64,000 nucleotides of DNA. Source: Octopus vulgaris (Eukaryota). Position 1 is the first letter of the stretch. Each line of letters starts with the position of its first letter. The notes below the pieces were generated by a model. The model worked only from the letters and a program-made list of their open reading frames with translations. It ran no database searches and was not told the DNA's origin. The DNA lies in contig OX597820.1 of the NCBI GenBank assembly GCA_951406725.2, positions 98,518,001 to 98,582,000 of the forward strand. Direction: 5' to 3'. Of this stretch, positions 14,253-25,955 are shown one piece after another. Both the position numbers and the translations under genes were made by a program.

Positions 14253-14783
14253 CAACATATATATATATATATATATATATTCACATACATACACACATAT
14301 ATTAATATACAGGGGGAAATTTGAGAGGTATTCATCAGTCATTTGTCGCATGTCAAACCACAACACAGGGATTACTTTATTTTCTCCTAAGCTTATTTCT
14401 TGCCACTTCACGCGTTTCAGTTAGGCTCACGATCAACTCATCTTAATATAGGACCCCTTGCTACAATGACTGGTAATTTCCATGTTGGCCGAAAAGACTT
14501 ATTTCAAGGGGTCGCTAGATGTTGTGTTGCCAACTTAGTAACCTGTTGGTTCTCACTCTGAAATATTGGTATTGCAGCTTCCGACGTGAATGCCAAGCAG
14601 CACAGCATGTCGATTCAAAATTTCTGGCAGAGTGAATTGCGTCATGGTGGTGTTTTTCGCACTGACAGTGCTCAACTGACCCTACTATACTGTATAGTCA
14701 ACAAAATCAAAAACAAACAATGTGCATGCGTGAAACTAAAAATACAAAATGGCGACAATTTACCCATCGCAACCTGTGTGTGC

Positions 14784-14820
<37 letters not shown>

Positions 14821-14823
<3 letters not shown>

Positions 14824-15876
14824 CGGGAAGCTTTATGAAAATAGACAAAAGACGAAGGCAGGTGGAAAACAAACGAACAATTGTATTAGTATGGCGCTCA
14901 GGAAATATAAATAAAACAAGTCTTTAACGTTTCGAGCCTACGCTCTTCAACAGAAAGATACACAGAGAGAAAAAAAAACACAGAAAGAAGGAGAGAAAAA
15001 AATGCGTGCAGTAGCTAACGAATCAACATGGCGATCTGATTTCGGCCAGAGGTCAAAGATCAAACATGAGACGCGAGAGCGAAATAAGGGGAGATAATAG
15101 GGTTGATAATAGGGTTGAAGGACCAGCTAATAGTGCGTAGGAGGGGTCTGGACGTGTGTATGTATAGGGTTGGTGTATGTATTAGTATGTATAAGGGTGT
15201 GTGTGTGTGTGTGTGTGTATGAGAGAGTATTAGTGCGTAGGATTGGTCTGGACGTGCGTATGTATGGGGTTGGTGTATGTATTAGTATGTATTAGTATGT
15301 ATTAGTACGTATTAGTGTGTATAAGTGTGTGTGTGTGTGTGTATGAGAGAGTATAAGTGCGTATGAGGGGTCTGGACGTGTGTATGTATAGGGTTGGTGT
15401 ATGTATTAGTATGTATTAGTAAGTATTAGTACGTATTAGTATGTATTAGTTGGTGTATGTATTAGTATGGCACATCATATATGATGTGATGTGTAAAGTC
15501 GTGTGGTGTAGTGAGGAGAAGAGGGGAGGGGGAGAAGAGGGGGAGGGGGAGAAGAGGGGGAGAAGAGGGGGAGAGAAGGGATGGGGAAGGAGAGGGGGAA
15601 GAGGAGAGGAGGGGGAGAGAGGAGGGGGAGAAGGAAGGGGAGGAGGGGGAGGAATGAGGAAAGAGGGAGAGGGGGAGAGAGAAGGGGAGTGAGGGAGTGA
15701 GGGAGCAGAGGGAAGGGGAAGAGGGAAGGAGGGAGGGAGAAAGAGGGAAGAAGGGAAGGGGAGTAGGGGTGAAAGGATGAAGGACTGAAGAATTAGGGGT
15801 CGGGGGGAAAAGGTATATATATATATATACCCACACATTTTTATATATTAAAGAATTAAAGATCCTGTTTTCAAAA
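14821..15876 (-). repeat. Downstream pseudo-LTR of PLE1: hammerhead, (TATTAGTATG)n minisatellite blocks, polypurine tract
   Basis: Direct repeat of 19362-20408; differences are mostly in repeat-unit number. Confidence 0.9.
14921..14958 (-). ncRNA. Minimal type-I hammerhead ribozyme motif (core CUGUUGA)
   Basis: Minus strand: TCTTT-CTGTTGA-A-GAGC-GTAG-GCTC-GAAA-CG-TT-AAAGA. Helix I 5 bp, helix II 4 bp, palindromic helix III. Confidence 0.75.
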
Positions 15877-18740
15877 GAGCGAAGAGAGAAGATTAATTCC
15901 TGTTCACGGCGCAAACGGGAATCCGGATGGCCTCTGTGTAAGGACAAACCGAACACAGATAGGTGTTGCAAGGAGTGACCAGTGGAGCGGAAATGGCGTG
16001 AGACCGGTGTGTCGTTCGCAAGGTGGATGTCACGAAGGTGTTCCGCGAACCGGTCAGCCAAGCGGCGTCCCGTTTGTCCGATGTACAAGGAATTGCAGAG
16101 AGAGCAAGAGATGCAATTGATAATATTGCTGGAGGTGCAGGTGAAGGAGTGGATGATGGGATAGGGTCGATGGTGGGTGCTAGTGAGGCGGGTGGTGTTG
16201 GAGAGGTAAGGGCAAGTGCGGCAACGTGGGCGGGAGCAGGGGAACGAGCCGGGTTGGGAGGTAGGGTCAGGGAAGGAGCTATGGACCAAAAGGTCTCGAA
16301 GGTTGTGGGCTCGTTTGAAAGAGGGGAGGGGTCGGTTAGGGAAGAGGTGTGAAGTGGACGGGTCGGACTGGAGATGACGGAAAGCTCGAAGAATGGTGCG
16401 TTGGAGACGTAGGGTCGTGGGGTGGTAAGTGAGAGGAAATGGGAGGCGGGAGACTACAGGGCGGGTTCGGGGAGAGAGAGCAGATACACGGTCCACGGAC
16501 CGTGCTCTGGCAAGGGCGGTGTAGATAGTGGTGAGGGGGTATCCACGTAGGGTGAAGTGGTGAGCCATACGTTGAGACTGAGTCTCAAAGTCATGGTCGT
16601 CACTACAGAGCCTACGTAGACGGAGGAATTGGGAATAGGGGATGGAAAGCTTGGTGTGTTCAGGGTGGGAGGAAGAGAAGTTGAGGTATGAGTATGAGTC
16701 TGTGTGTTTGTAGTGAATGGAGGTGGTAAGAGTGGAGCGAAGAATGCTAACCGAAATGTCGAGGAAGGAGACAGAGGTGTTGGAGATAGTGGAAGTGAAG
16801 TGGAGGGCTGGATGGAAAGATTGGACGAAAGAGAGGAAGGAATCTAGATGTTCGCGGGAGAGTCAGGTGGCACCGATAATGTCGTCAATGTAACGACCAT
16901 ATAGTTCAGGAGTGGGACCAGTGAAATTAGAGAATATTTGGGCCTCAACATAGCCAACGAACAGGTTCGCATAGTTGGGGCCCATTCGCGTTCCCATGGC
17001 CACTCCCGAGATCTGATTGTAGAACTCGCCCGCGAACGAGAAGCAGTTCAGAGTAAGGACAAGTTCGGCCAGACGAATGAGTGTGGAGGTGTCAGGTACA
17101 GGGTTAGAGCGGAGGTCAAGAAAGTGTCGAAGGGCCTGCAGTCCTTCGTGGTGAGGGATAACAGTATAGAGGCTTTGGATGTCCATAGTAAAAAGGATTT
17201 TGGAGGAGCCGGGAGGAAAGGAGAAAGAGTTGAAAAGCCGGAGAGCATGGTTGGTATCGTGGATGTGGGAGGGAAGAGATGCCACTAGGGGGGCAAGGAC
17301 ACGGTCGAGGTATTTAGAGATGAGCTCCGTGGGGCAGTTACAGGCGGAGACGATGGGGCGGCCAGGGTTGTTGGGTTTGTGGATTTTGGGGAGGAAGTAA
17401 ATGGTGTGGGTACGTGGGGTTCGCACAATTAGGTTGGATGCGGTGCGGGGGAGACGGGAGGACGAGATGAGGTCGTGGACAGTAGAGGATACCGTCTGTT
17501 GGTAGCTACGTGTGGGGTTAGAGGGCAGAGGGGAATAGAAGGAGGTGTCATTGAGTTGGCGGAAAGCCTCGGCCCTATAGAGGTCCGCGCGCCACACCAC
17601 TACAGCTCCACCCTTGTCAGCCGGTTTGATGATAATGTCAGCGCGCCGTTGGAGGGAACGAAGAGCCAAGAGCTCAGCCGGGGAGATGTTGAGGCGGCGT
17701 TGGCGCCTGGAGAAGTTGAACCGCTCCAATGCACGCTCACAAGCGCCCGCGAAAAGATCCACTGCTAGGATCTGGCCAGGGGCAGGCGTCCACGGGGATG
17801 GTCGGCGGCCCAGGCCAGTGAAGCAGTCCTCTTCGTTGGGTGTGGGTGGCGAGTCGTGGTAATGCGCACCCAACCGGACACGGCGCACAAAGCTGTGGAC
17901 ATCAACTCGCGTCTGGAATTCCTTACAGGATGGAGTGAGGGGGATGAAACGCAGACCCCTACCAAGGACGGAGCGTTCAGCCGCAGAGAGGGGAAGATCG
18001 GGGGGAATGGTAACAACAGACGGAAGTGGAGAAGGGGTGGGTGGAATAGAAGTAGGAGGGGTGGTATATCTCGTGGAGGTCTGAGGGGGAGGGATTGGGG
18101 AGGTGTGTGGGGGGTGGTTGGGCGGGGCAGTAGGGTTAGGTGTAGGTGGATGGAGCCTATCGGGAGGGGAGAAGGGGTTGTAGGGAGGGGCAGTGGGGTT
18201 AGGTGTGGGTGGATGGAGCCTATCGGGAGGGGAGAAGGGTGGTGGAGGAGTTTGGGTAGTGGCGTCGGGTAGGGTGGAATGGAAGAGTGATTGGAGTTTA
18301 CGAAGTTTGGTATCAGAAAGAAATTGATGGAAGAGTTGATTCAAATGGATAATGAAGCGTAGCGTGTTTGGAGCATAGAGAGGCGGCAGAGAGGAGAAGA
18401 AGGTGGAGAAAGCAGGAGGAAGAAGGCGGTTGATGGCATGTAGTTTGGAGAGATTGGAGCGAATGGTGGCCCGCATAAGGCGGTAAGATGTGGTGCGGAG
18501 TATGAGTAAGATGGAAGAATCCGAGTGGAGAGCAGGGTGGAAGTGGAGGCGGAAACCTTTAGGGATGAGTCGGTGATGTAGGCAGCGGCTTAGGAAAGAG
18601 ACATGGCTAGAGAAGCGGGTTTTTTTAAAAAGAAGTAGAGAGAGATTAACGGACGGCTGAAGGCAATATACAGGAAGTGAACGGAGATGATCCTTCAAAC
18701 GGTGATGGAGGGTGAGGAGGTAGGACCTAGGATCCGGCAT
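15877..18740 (-). pseudogene. PLE1 reverse transcriptase + GIY-YIG endonuclease, ~955 codons, one in-frame TGA at 16863-16865
   Basis: Motifs IKPADKGGAVVV, YFLPKIHK, GRPIVS, TMDIQSLYTVI, GVAMGTRMGPNYANLF, YGRYIDDI, PCSRPRCRTC and IINCISC...LYIGQTGRRLADRFAEH. ORFs 16863..18776 and 15462..16568 are in the same frame, 294 nt apart. Confidence 0.92.
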
Positions 18741-19361
18741 GATGGGATAGCGGGAAAAAAACGTTCGAAAAAACAAAAAAAAACAAAAAACAAAAATTAT
18801 CGTATGAAAAAAATAGAAAAAAAGGGATAGCGAAAAAAGGGGAAAAACAAACGTTCAAAAAAACAAAAAAATAATAATCGTATGAAAAAACTAGATAAGT
18901 AAGCGATAGGGGCAGAAAAGACGGGGCAAACGGAAAAGGGAAAGAAAGAAGGGAAGCAGAGAGAGGGGGAGGCAAAAAAGGGGGTGCAGGCAGAGGAAAC
19001 GGAGTATGGACATCCAGAGAGGGAAGAAAGACGGAAAGGAGAACAAAAAATACAGGAAAATGTGGAAAGCATGAAATGAATGTAAAATAAGTGGTAATAT
19101 AAGAGAAAATAAAAATACAACAAACGGGACAGTTTATGCGAACAAGTTCAAGGTTGAAAGTTCAAGGTGAGAAATGTGTAGACGTCGTGGTATATTTTTT
19201 AAGGATTTCACATCAATGCAAAGTCACTTTGATCCTCGAAAGAGAGGTGCAGCCAATGGTAAGTATCCAAGAAGTAAAGAAAATCCAAGGTAGAGGTAAG
19301 TGTTGATAGTGGTATTGGTAGAATATAGGATGAAAGTGAGACCACGTGAGCGCATAATATA

Positions 19362-20408
19362 TAACGGGAAGCTTTATGAAAATAGACAAAAGACGAAGGC
19401 AGGTGGAAAACAAACGAACAATTGTATTAGTATGGCGCTCAGGAAATATAAATAAAACAAGTCTTTAACGTTTCGAGCCTACGCTCTTCAACAGAAAGAT
19501 ACACAGAGAGAAAAAACACAGAAAGAAGGAGAGAAAAAAATGCGTGCAGTAGCTAACGAATCAACATGGCGATCTGATTTCGGCCAGAGGTCAAAGATCA
19601 AACATGAGACGCGAGGGCGAAATAAGGGGAGATAATAGGGTTGATAATAGGGTTGAAGGACCAGCTAATAGTGCGTAGGAGGGGTCTGGACGTGTGTATG
19701 TATAGGGTTGGTGTATGTATTAGTATGTATTAGTATGTATTAGTACGTATTAGTATGTATAAGTGTGTGTGTGTGTATGAGAGAGTATTAGTGCGTAGGA
19801 TTGGTCTGGACGTGCGTATGTATGGGGTTGGTGTATGTATTAGTATGTATTAGTATGTATTAGTACGTATTAGTATGTATAAGTGTGTATGTGTGTGTAT
19901 GAGAGAGTATAAGTGCGTATGAGGGGTCTGGACGTGTGTATGTATAGGGTTGGTGTATGTATTAGTATGTATTAGTATGTATTAGTACGTATTAGTATGT
20001 ATTAGTTGGTGTATGTATTAGTATGGCACATCATATATGATGTGATGTGTAAAGTCGTGTGGTGTAGTGAGGAGAAGAGGGGGAGGGGGAGAAGAGGGGG
20101 AGAGAAGGGGAGGGGAAGAAGAGGGGGAAGAGGAGAGGATGGGGGAGAGAGAGGAGGGGGAGAAGGAAGGGGAGGAGGGGAGGAATGAGGAAAGAGGGAG
20201 AGGGGGAGAGAGAAGGGGAGTGAGGGAGTGAGGGAGCAGAGGGAAGGGGAAGAGGGAAGGAGGGAGGGAGAAAGAGGGAAGAAGGGAAGGGGAGTAGGGG
20301 TGAAAGGATGAAGGACTGAAGAATTAGGGGTCGGGGGGAAAAAGGTATATATATATATATACCCACACATTTTTATATATTAAAGAATTAAAGATCCTGT
20401 TTTCAAAA
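19362..20408 (-). repeat. Upstream pseudo-LTR of PLE1
   Basis: Direct repeat of 14821-15876. Confidence 0.9.
19462..19499 (-). ncRNA. Minimal type-I hammerhead motif (core CUGUUGA), second copy
   Basis: Identical to 14921-14958. Confidence 0.75.
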
Positions 20409-20771
20409 TTATGTGGCGAATATATTTCTCCGATATTTTATAAGTTTTCCGATTATTCTAAAAGCTTCTATTCGTTTACACCAAGTTTCTGTTCCAATTG
20501 TCACTAAGTGGAAGATAAGTTTGTACTTTTACATATTACCGATTATATCACTACACCAACGTTAATTTGAATGTTGTTTCGCTGGTAAGATCATAATATG
20601 TCCTAAACATACCTCAAGTAGCACGCCGTATATGGTAAGACTATATTTTTTCACTTGCTGTATAATCAGTTTTAGTTCACTATTTCTTGCCTCTGGCATT
20701 AAGTAGAGTAATTCTAGCTTCATCTTATGCATATACATAGCCATACGTGCACACAAATATGCATACAATAT

Positions 20772-20888
20772 ATCCAACCACATGGTTCCTGGTTCAGTCC
20801 CCACAATGTGGAACCTTGGTCAAGTCTTCTACTCGAGCCAACCAAGGCCTTGTGAGTGGATTTATTAGACGGAAACTGAAAGCCCGTC

Positions 20889-20952
<64 letters not shown>

Positions 20953-20976
20953 GTATTATGTATGTATGTATGTATG

Positions 20977-21028
<52 letters not shown>

Positions 21029-21251
21029 TATGTGTGCATATTGTTTTGTGTATCTGTGTTTGTCCCCAAAATTCGCTTGACAACCGATGCTGGTGTGTTT
21101 ACATCCCCGTAACTTAGCAGTTTAGCAAAAGAGACCGATAGAATAAGTACTAGGCTTACAAAAATAAGTCCTGGGGTCGATTTGCTTGACTAAAGGCGGT
21201 GCTCCAGCGTGGTCGCAGTCAAATGACTGAAACAAGTAAAGGAATAAAAGA
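20772..21251 (+). mobile_element. tRNA-derived SINE, family 1, 5'-truncated, with expanded internal microsatellite
   Basis: Reverse-orientation homologue of 74-472. Confidence 0.85.
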
Positions 21252-21276
21252 ATACAATATATACGCATATAATATA

Positions 21277-21842
21277 TTGGGTTGTCCGGAAAGTTCATGC
21301 CGATTTTGAAAGGAAAGAAAAAAGTCAATAAACACTTGCCATTACATTTTTAATCAACCAAATATGAACCATTTTGTTGCACAATGCGTCTCTATCTTTC
21401 CTTTAACTTGAAAATACTCTCTTCCCAGAATTGAGGTGGTTTCATGACAAAGAATTCATCAAGGTATCTTTTTACGTCATCCAAGAAATTGAAATTTTTA
21501 CCATTAAGACTATTCTGCAGAGACCTGAATAAGTGGAAATCCGAAAGAGCAATATCTGGCAAATACGGAAGGTGGGGTAACACATCCCAGCCGAACTGCA
21601 GCAATTTTTGTCTGATTCCCAAAGCATCAAGTGCCGAAAATGAGCTTTCTTATCTTCCATTTTAAAGGGTTACAGAATTAACGCAGGTTATAGGAACATA
21701 AACCTTGTTCCACGAAAAGATAGCTTAAACTGTGCTCTAAATGGAGACGTAGTCAAATCCTATTTTATGGACTCAACCATGTTCTAAAATAAGTCGAAAG
21801 ATAAGCTGCTATAAATCGGCACGAACTTTCCGGACAACCCAA
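21277..21842 (-). mobile_element. Internally deleted mariner element (566 bp)
   Basis: TIRs TTGGGTTGTCCGGAAAGTTCATGCCGATTT and AAATCGGCACGAACTTTCCGGACAACCCAA with TA flanks. N-terminus MEDKKAHFRHLML is joined to the C-terminal GWDVLPHLPYLPDIALSDFHLFRSLQN. Confidence 0.92.
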
Positions 21843-23501
21843 TACATGCATGCAATATGCATACAATATAAATACAAATATGTCTGTATGAGTACATACA
21901 CATACAGAAACACACGAGCAAAATACAGCTGCAAAATACATACTGAACAAGGGAGACTGCAGCATTTAAGCTCCAATACGCAAATGAGAATGTTATGACG
22001 CTTTTATGTCGACAACACTACACATGTGATCAGCAGCTGTCTAACAGTATTATTAAGATACTACCTACGAATGTGATATGCAGTTATTGCTAAAACAATA
22101 TACAATGCCATCTGTAAGAAAGATTGCCCTGAGAGAAATACAGAACATATTTCTAATATTGTCAACATACCTACGTTTCAATACATGAAATATTAGTGGG
22201 TTATCCTGATCAAAACTTCCGCTAAATGCAATTATATCAAACTTTATATAACTGCAGCTGAAAAGAAAACAAATGTGCAGCAATAAGATCATCTGTCCTG
22301 CAGATGTGTATATCTTTCAGAATCAGTGAGAAAGAGAATATTATAGACAACTACTTCCAATCTTACAGCTTCTCTTAACCCTAACCTAGATTCGTATAAT
22401 TTTTGGTGCAATTGGCTATCTTTTTATTATATAATTACTTTTAGCCATTGAGTTACAACCATGCTGGAACATCACCTTCGACAGTTTCATCGATTATATG
22501 TAACCCTGTACTTACTGTTTGTATCTGGTTCTTATTGTATCATATACGCGCACATGTGTGTGTGCGCGCACATGTGTGTGTGCGCGCACATATGTCAAAT
22601 GTCTTCGTGGCTGATGAAGTAATTTCGTTTTAATCCTGGTTTCTGTCTTGTATTTTTACTTTTCCCAAATTCCCCAAACAGAAACAGATTTTCAAATAAC
22701 TTTATAAAAGGTGCGATGAAGTTCGGATGAAGCGCTTATGTAAGAGGATATCTCAAGGCTAATGACGCAGTATTCGGTGTTGTAACAAGGTATCCATGTT
22801 AAGTTGGATATAAAAATTACCGTAAGTCCTCTCATATAGTCCGCTCTTGAGTATAATACGCAGGGGATTTTTAGGGGGTTGTACCTCTGAAAAACCTAAA
22901 CCTTGTGTGTAATACGCACCCCTTCTCTAACTTGAGTCAAGTAGGTCTATATAACGTCCTTGGTTTCTAAAAATGTATACAGTAATGTCCTTTATTATTA
23001 TTGTATATATAATATAATGCAAACTTGTAGCTTTTTTGTGTGTTTTGCAACTGATTCAAACAAGCGTCCTGTCTTGGTATTCAGCTGAATCAGTTCACTT
23101 TGAAAACGCTTGTTTGAATCAGTTCACTTTGAAAACGTCGTGAATGATGGACCTTTGATGAAATTGCAACGACTAGAATGCATAGTTGCATACAAAGCAA
23201 TGTGCAGTTGCTGCAGTCGAAAGATGTGGGTTAGATATATGCTGTAGAAAACATTTAAATAACGAAGTTTTCGGGTGTAAACAGAGATCTCCCCTCCCCT
23301 CATCGTTATCTACGTTATTAAATACTCTACGGAATATTTGTAGTTCTCGATAGGAACACGGAATTACCCAGCGAGTGAAGTTTACCAGTGCCAGTATCTC
23401 TGTCTAAGCTTGAGTACTATAAAATGGACCGTTGTGGATAGCCGGCATCTAAACCAGTTTGAGAGCTAATATGGTATCCAGCAGGATAACTTTTCCTTTT
23501 T

Positions 23502-23536
<35 letters not shown>

Positions 23537-23575
23537 ATATATATGTATATATATGTATATATATGTATATATATG

Positions 23576-23638
<63 letters not shown>

Positions 23639-23639
23639 T

Positions 23640-23674
<35 letters not shown>

Positions 23675-23711
23675 ACATATATATATGGTTGAAGAGGAAC
23701 ACACGAGTTGA

Positions 23712-24168
23712 TATATATGAAAAAAAAGTAAGGTAGAAAATGCTAAGTTAATTTTATAAAAAAACATTTCAGCACCGGCTTCAGTCATTGAGACTTTTTC
23801 AACTCTAAGTATGGAAAACAATTAAATTTTGGAAAAATTAAAAGAAAAATTCTTGCATAGTATTCAAATACAAGGGGCATTTTCTTTGTTTCTGCCTATC
23901 TCCGTCTCTCTTGTTTACTCTTGTGGGTTCGAGGCCGTAACCTACAAGATAATCAAGAGAGACAGAGACAGGCAGAAATAAGGAAAATGCCCCTTGTATT
24001 TGAATACTACTCAAATATTCTTTTAAAACACTTTTCTTTTAATTTTTCTAAAATTTAGTTGTATTCCATACTTACAGTTGAAAAAGTCTCAACGACTGAA
24101 ATCGTTACTGAAATGTTTTTTTATAAAATTACTTTTGCAATTTGTACTTTGACTTTTTTCCATATATA
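23712..24168. mobile_element. Fold-back element (~220-bp arms) inside (TA)n; probable inverted pair of PLE 3' ends with a hammerhead-like motif in each arm
   Basis: Arms ~23712-23929 and ~23938-24168 are reverse complements and both end in (TA)n. A further terminal fragment lies at 24379-24400. Confidence 0.75.
24075..24110 (+). ncRNA. Hammerhead-like motif with U3-A8 core (UUGAAAA); mirror copy at 23770-23805 (-)
   Basis: CAG-TTGAAAA-AGTC-TCAAC-GACT-GAAA-TCGT-TA-CTG. The other arm has palindromic CCGG in helix III. Confidence 0.55.
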
Positions 24169-24300
24169 TATATATATTTAAAGCAGCAGAAAATTCAACA
24201 ATTTTCTGCTGCTTTAAATAAAGCATACTACTCTACCACTGCTATTTGAGTACTCTTTTTTCCACCTTATTTCACATTTATGTGTTTACTCCGGTATAAA

Positions 24301-24380
<80 letters not shown>

Positions 24381-25594
24381 AAAAAAGTCAAGGTAGAAAT
24401 ATATATATATATATACATACATATAATCTTAATCTACCAAGCTCACAAGGCATAGTTAGGCCTTGGGCTATAGTATAAGACACCTACCAAAGTGGGACTG
24501 ATCCCGATTCCAAGTGGCTGCGAAACCAAACTTCTTAACCACGCAGCCGTACAATTTAGAAAATTAAATTTATTCGAACCCATCTTTAATACATCAAAAT
24601 ACTGTCGAGATTTGGGAATACCCAAACACAATTATATTATATATAACAAGATTCTCGTTTACAAATAAATTTTCCTTAAAGAACCATCTGTATGAGATGT
24701 CCAATGTCTTGTTGGTATGGCTTCGTAAATTGCCACAATCTGGAATTAATTCAGTCATCTCAGTGTCAGTTAATATTGTCATGTTCAACTAATGCTTAAT
24801 TCAATCTGTAAATGTCGTCATGTAATGTGATTTTATGCCAAATAATTAATATCGTTGTTGTATGTTGACTTTCGTTGGTGTAATTTAATTTAATAGAGGA
24901 AAGTATATCTTGAACATGGAGTCCAATTAATTTGGCATGGTCACTGTACGGAAGAGAAAATAAATACCAGAACCACAAATATACGCTCACAAACACTCTT
25001 ACACGCACACACATACATACATACACGCACAAGCATACATACATACACACGCAAACGCACGCAGAGAAACGCAGACACATCACACACTCACAAACACACG
25101 AATACACATGTAAATATGTATATACGTACCCAGTTATATATATATATAAATATATATATATGTGTGTGTGTGTGAGTGTGTAAATAAATAGAGAGAGGGA
25201 GAGAAAGAGAAAGAGAAAAAGAAAGAAAAACAGACGGAGAGAGACAGATACATAGACAGACGGAGACACAGACAGACAGGTAGAGTGAGGGGATATGCGA
25301 ATGGTTTACGTAAAATAATTACAAAATGCTATCAGAAGTCTCTTAAATGATGTCTGACGATGAATCCTATAGATTCTTCACTTAATATCATAAATCTACT
25401 CTTTTTTTTTTCTTCAGCCAAGATGGGTGAGGTATTTACTTTAATATATTTTTTTTTTACTCCCGTATTAGAGGTTCTTTCTTCTTATAATTTATGTCAA
25501 GCTTTTATGAATAGGTTCGGAGGTTATAGGTTTCCAACAAGCCAATAACTGGTTCACTGTTCACGTGCTTTGTCACACACATACACACGTATAT

Positions 25595-25654
<60 letters not shown>

Positions 25655-25776
25655 GCTGCTTTGTTTATATATATGTATATATATATATAATATGTGTGTA
25701 TATATGTGTATGTGTATATATACATATATATATAAGCATGTATATTTATGTATGTATCTATCTATCTGTCTATCTA

Positions 25777-25863
<87 letters not shown>

Positions 25864-25893
25864 TTATATATACATATGTATATGTGTGCATGA

Positions 25894-25955
<62 letters not shown>

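Larger units (their letters stand above)
14821..20408 (-). mobile_element. Penelope-like retroelement (Neptune-type) in partial tandem with direct pseudo-LTRs
   Basis: RT + Cys-rich linker + GIY-YIG ORF between ~1.05-kb near-identical direct repeats (14821-15876, 19362-20408). 3' end abuts (TA)n. Hammerhead motif in each repeat. Confidence 0.95.

Noticed and set aside
15130-15470. Regularly spaced repeats resembling a CRISPR array
   Set aside because: Eukaryotic minisatellite; spacers are not unique and there are no cas genes.
15462-15876. Pro/Ser/Leu-rich C-terminal extension of the PLE1 ORF
   Set aside because: Read-through into the pseudo-LTR polypyrimidine tract; the frame is not preserved in the other repeat copy.
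14821-20408. LTR retrotransposon or endogenous retrovirus
   Set aside because: No gag, protease, RNase H or integrase and no TG...CA ends; RT and GIY-YIG identify a PLE with pseudo-LTRs.
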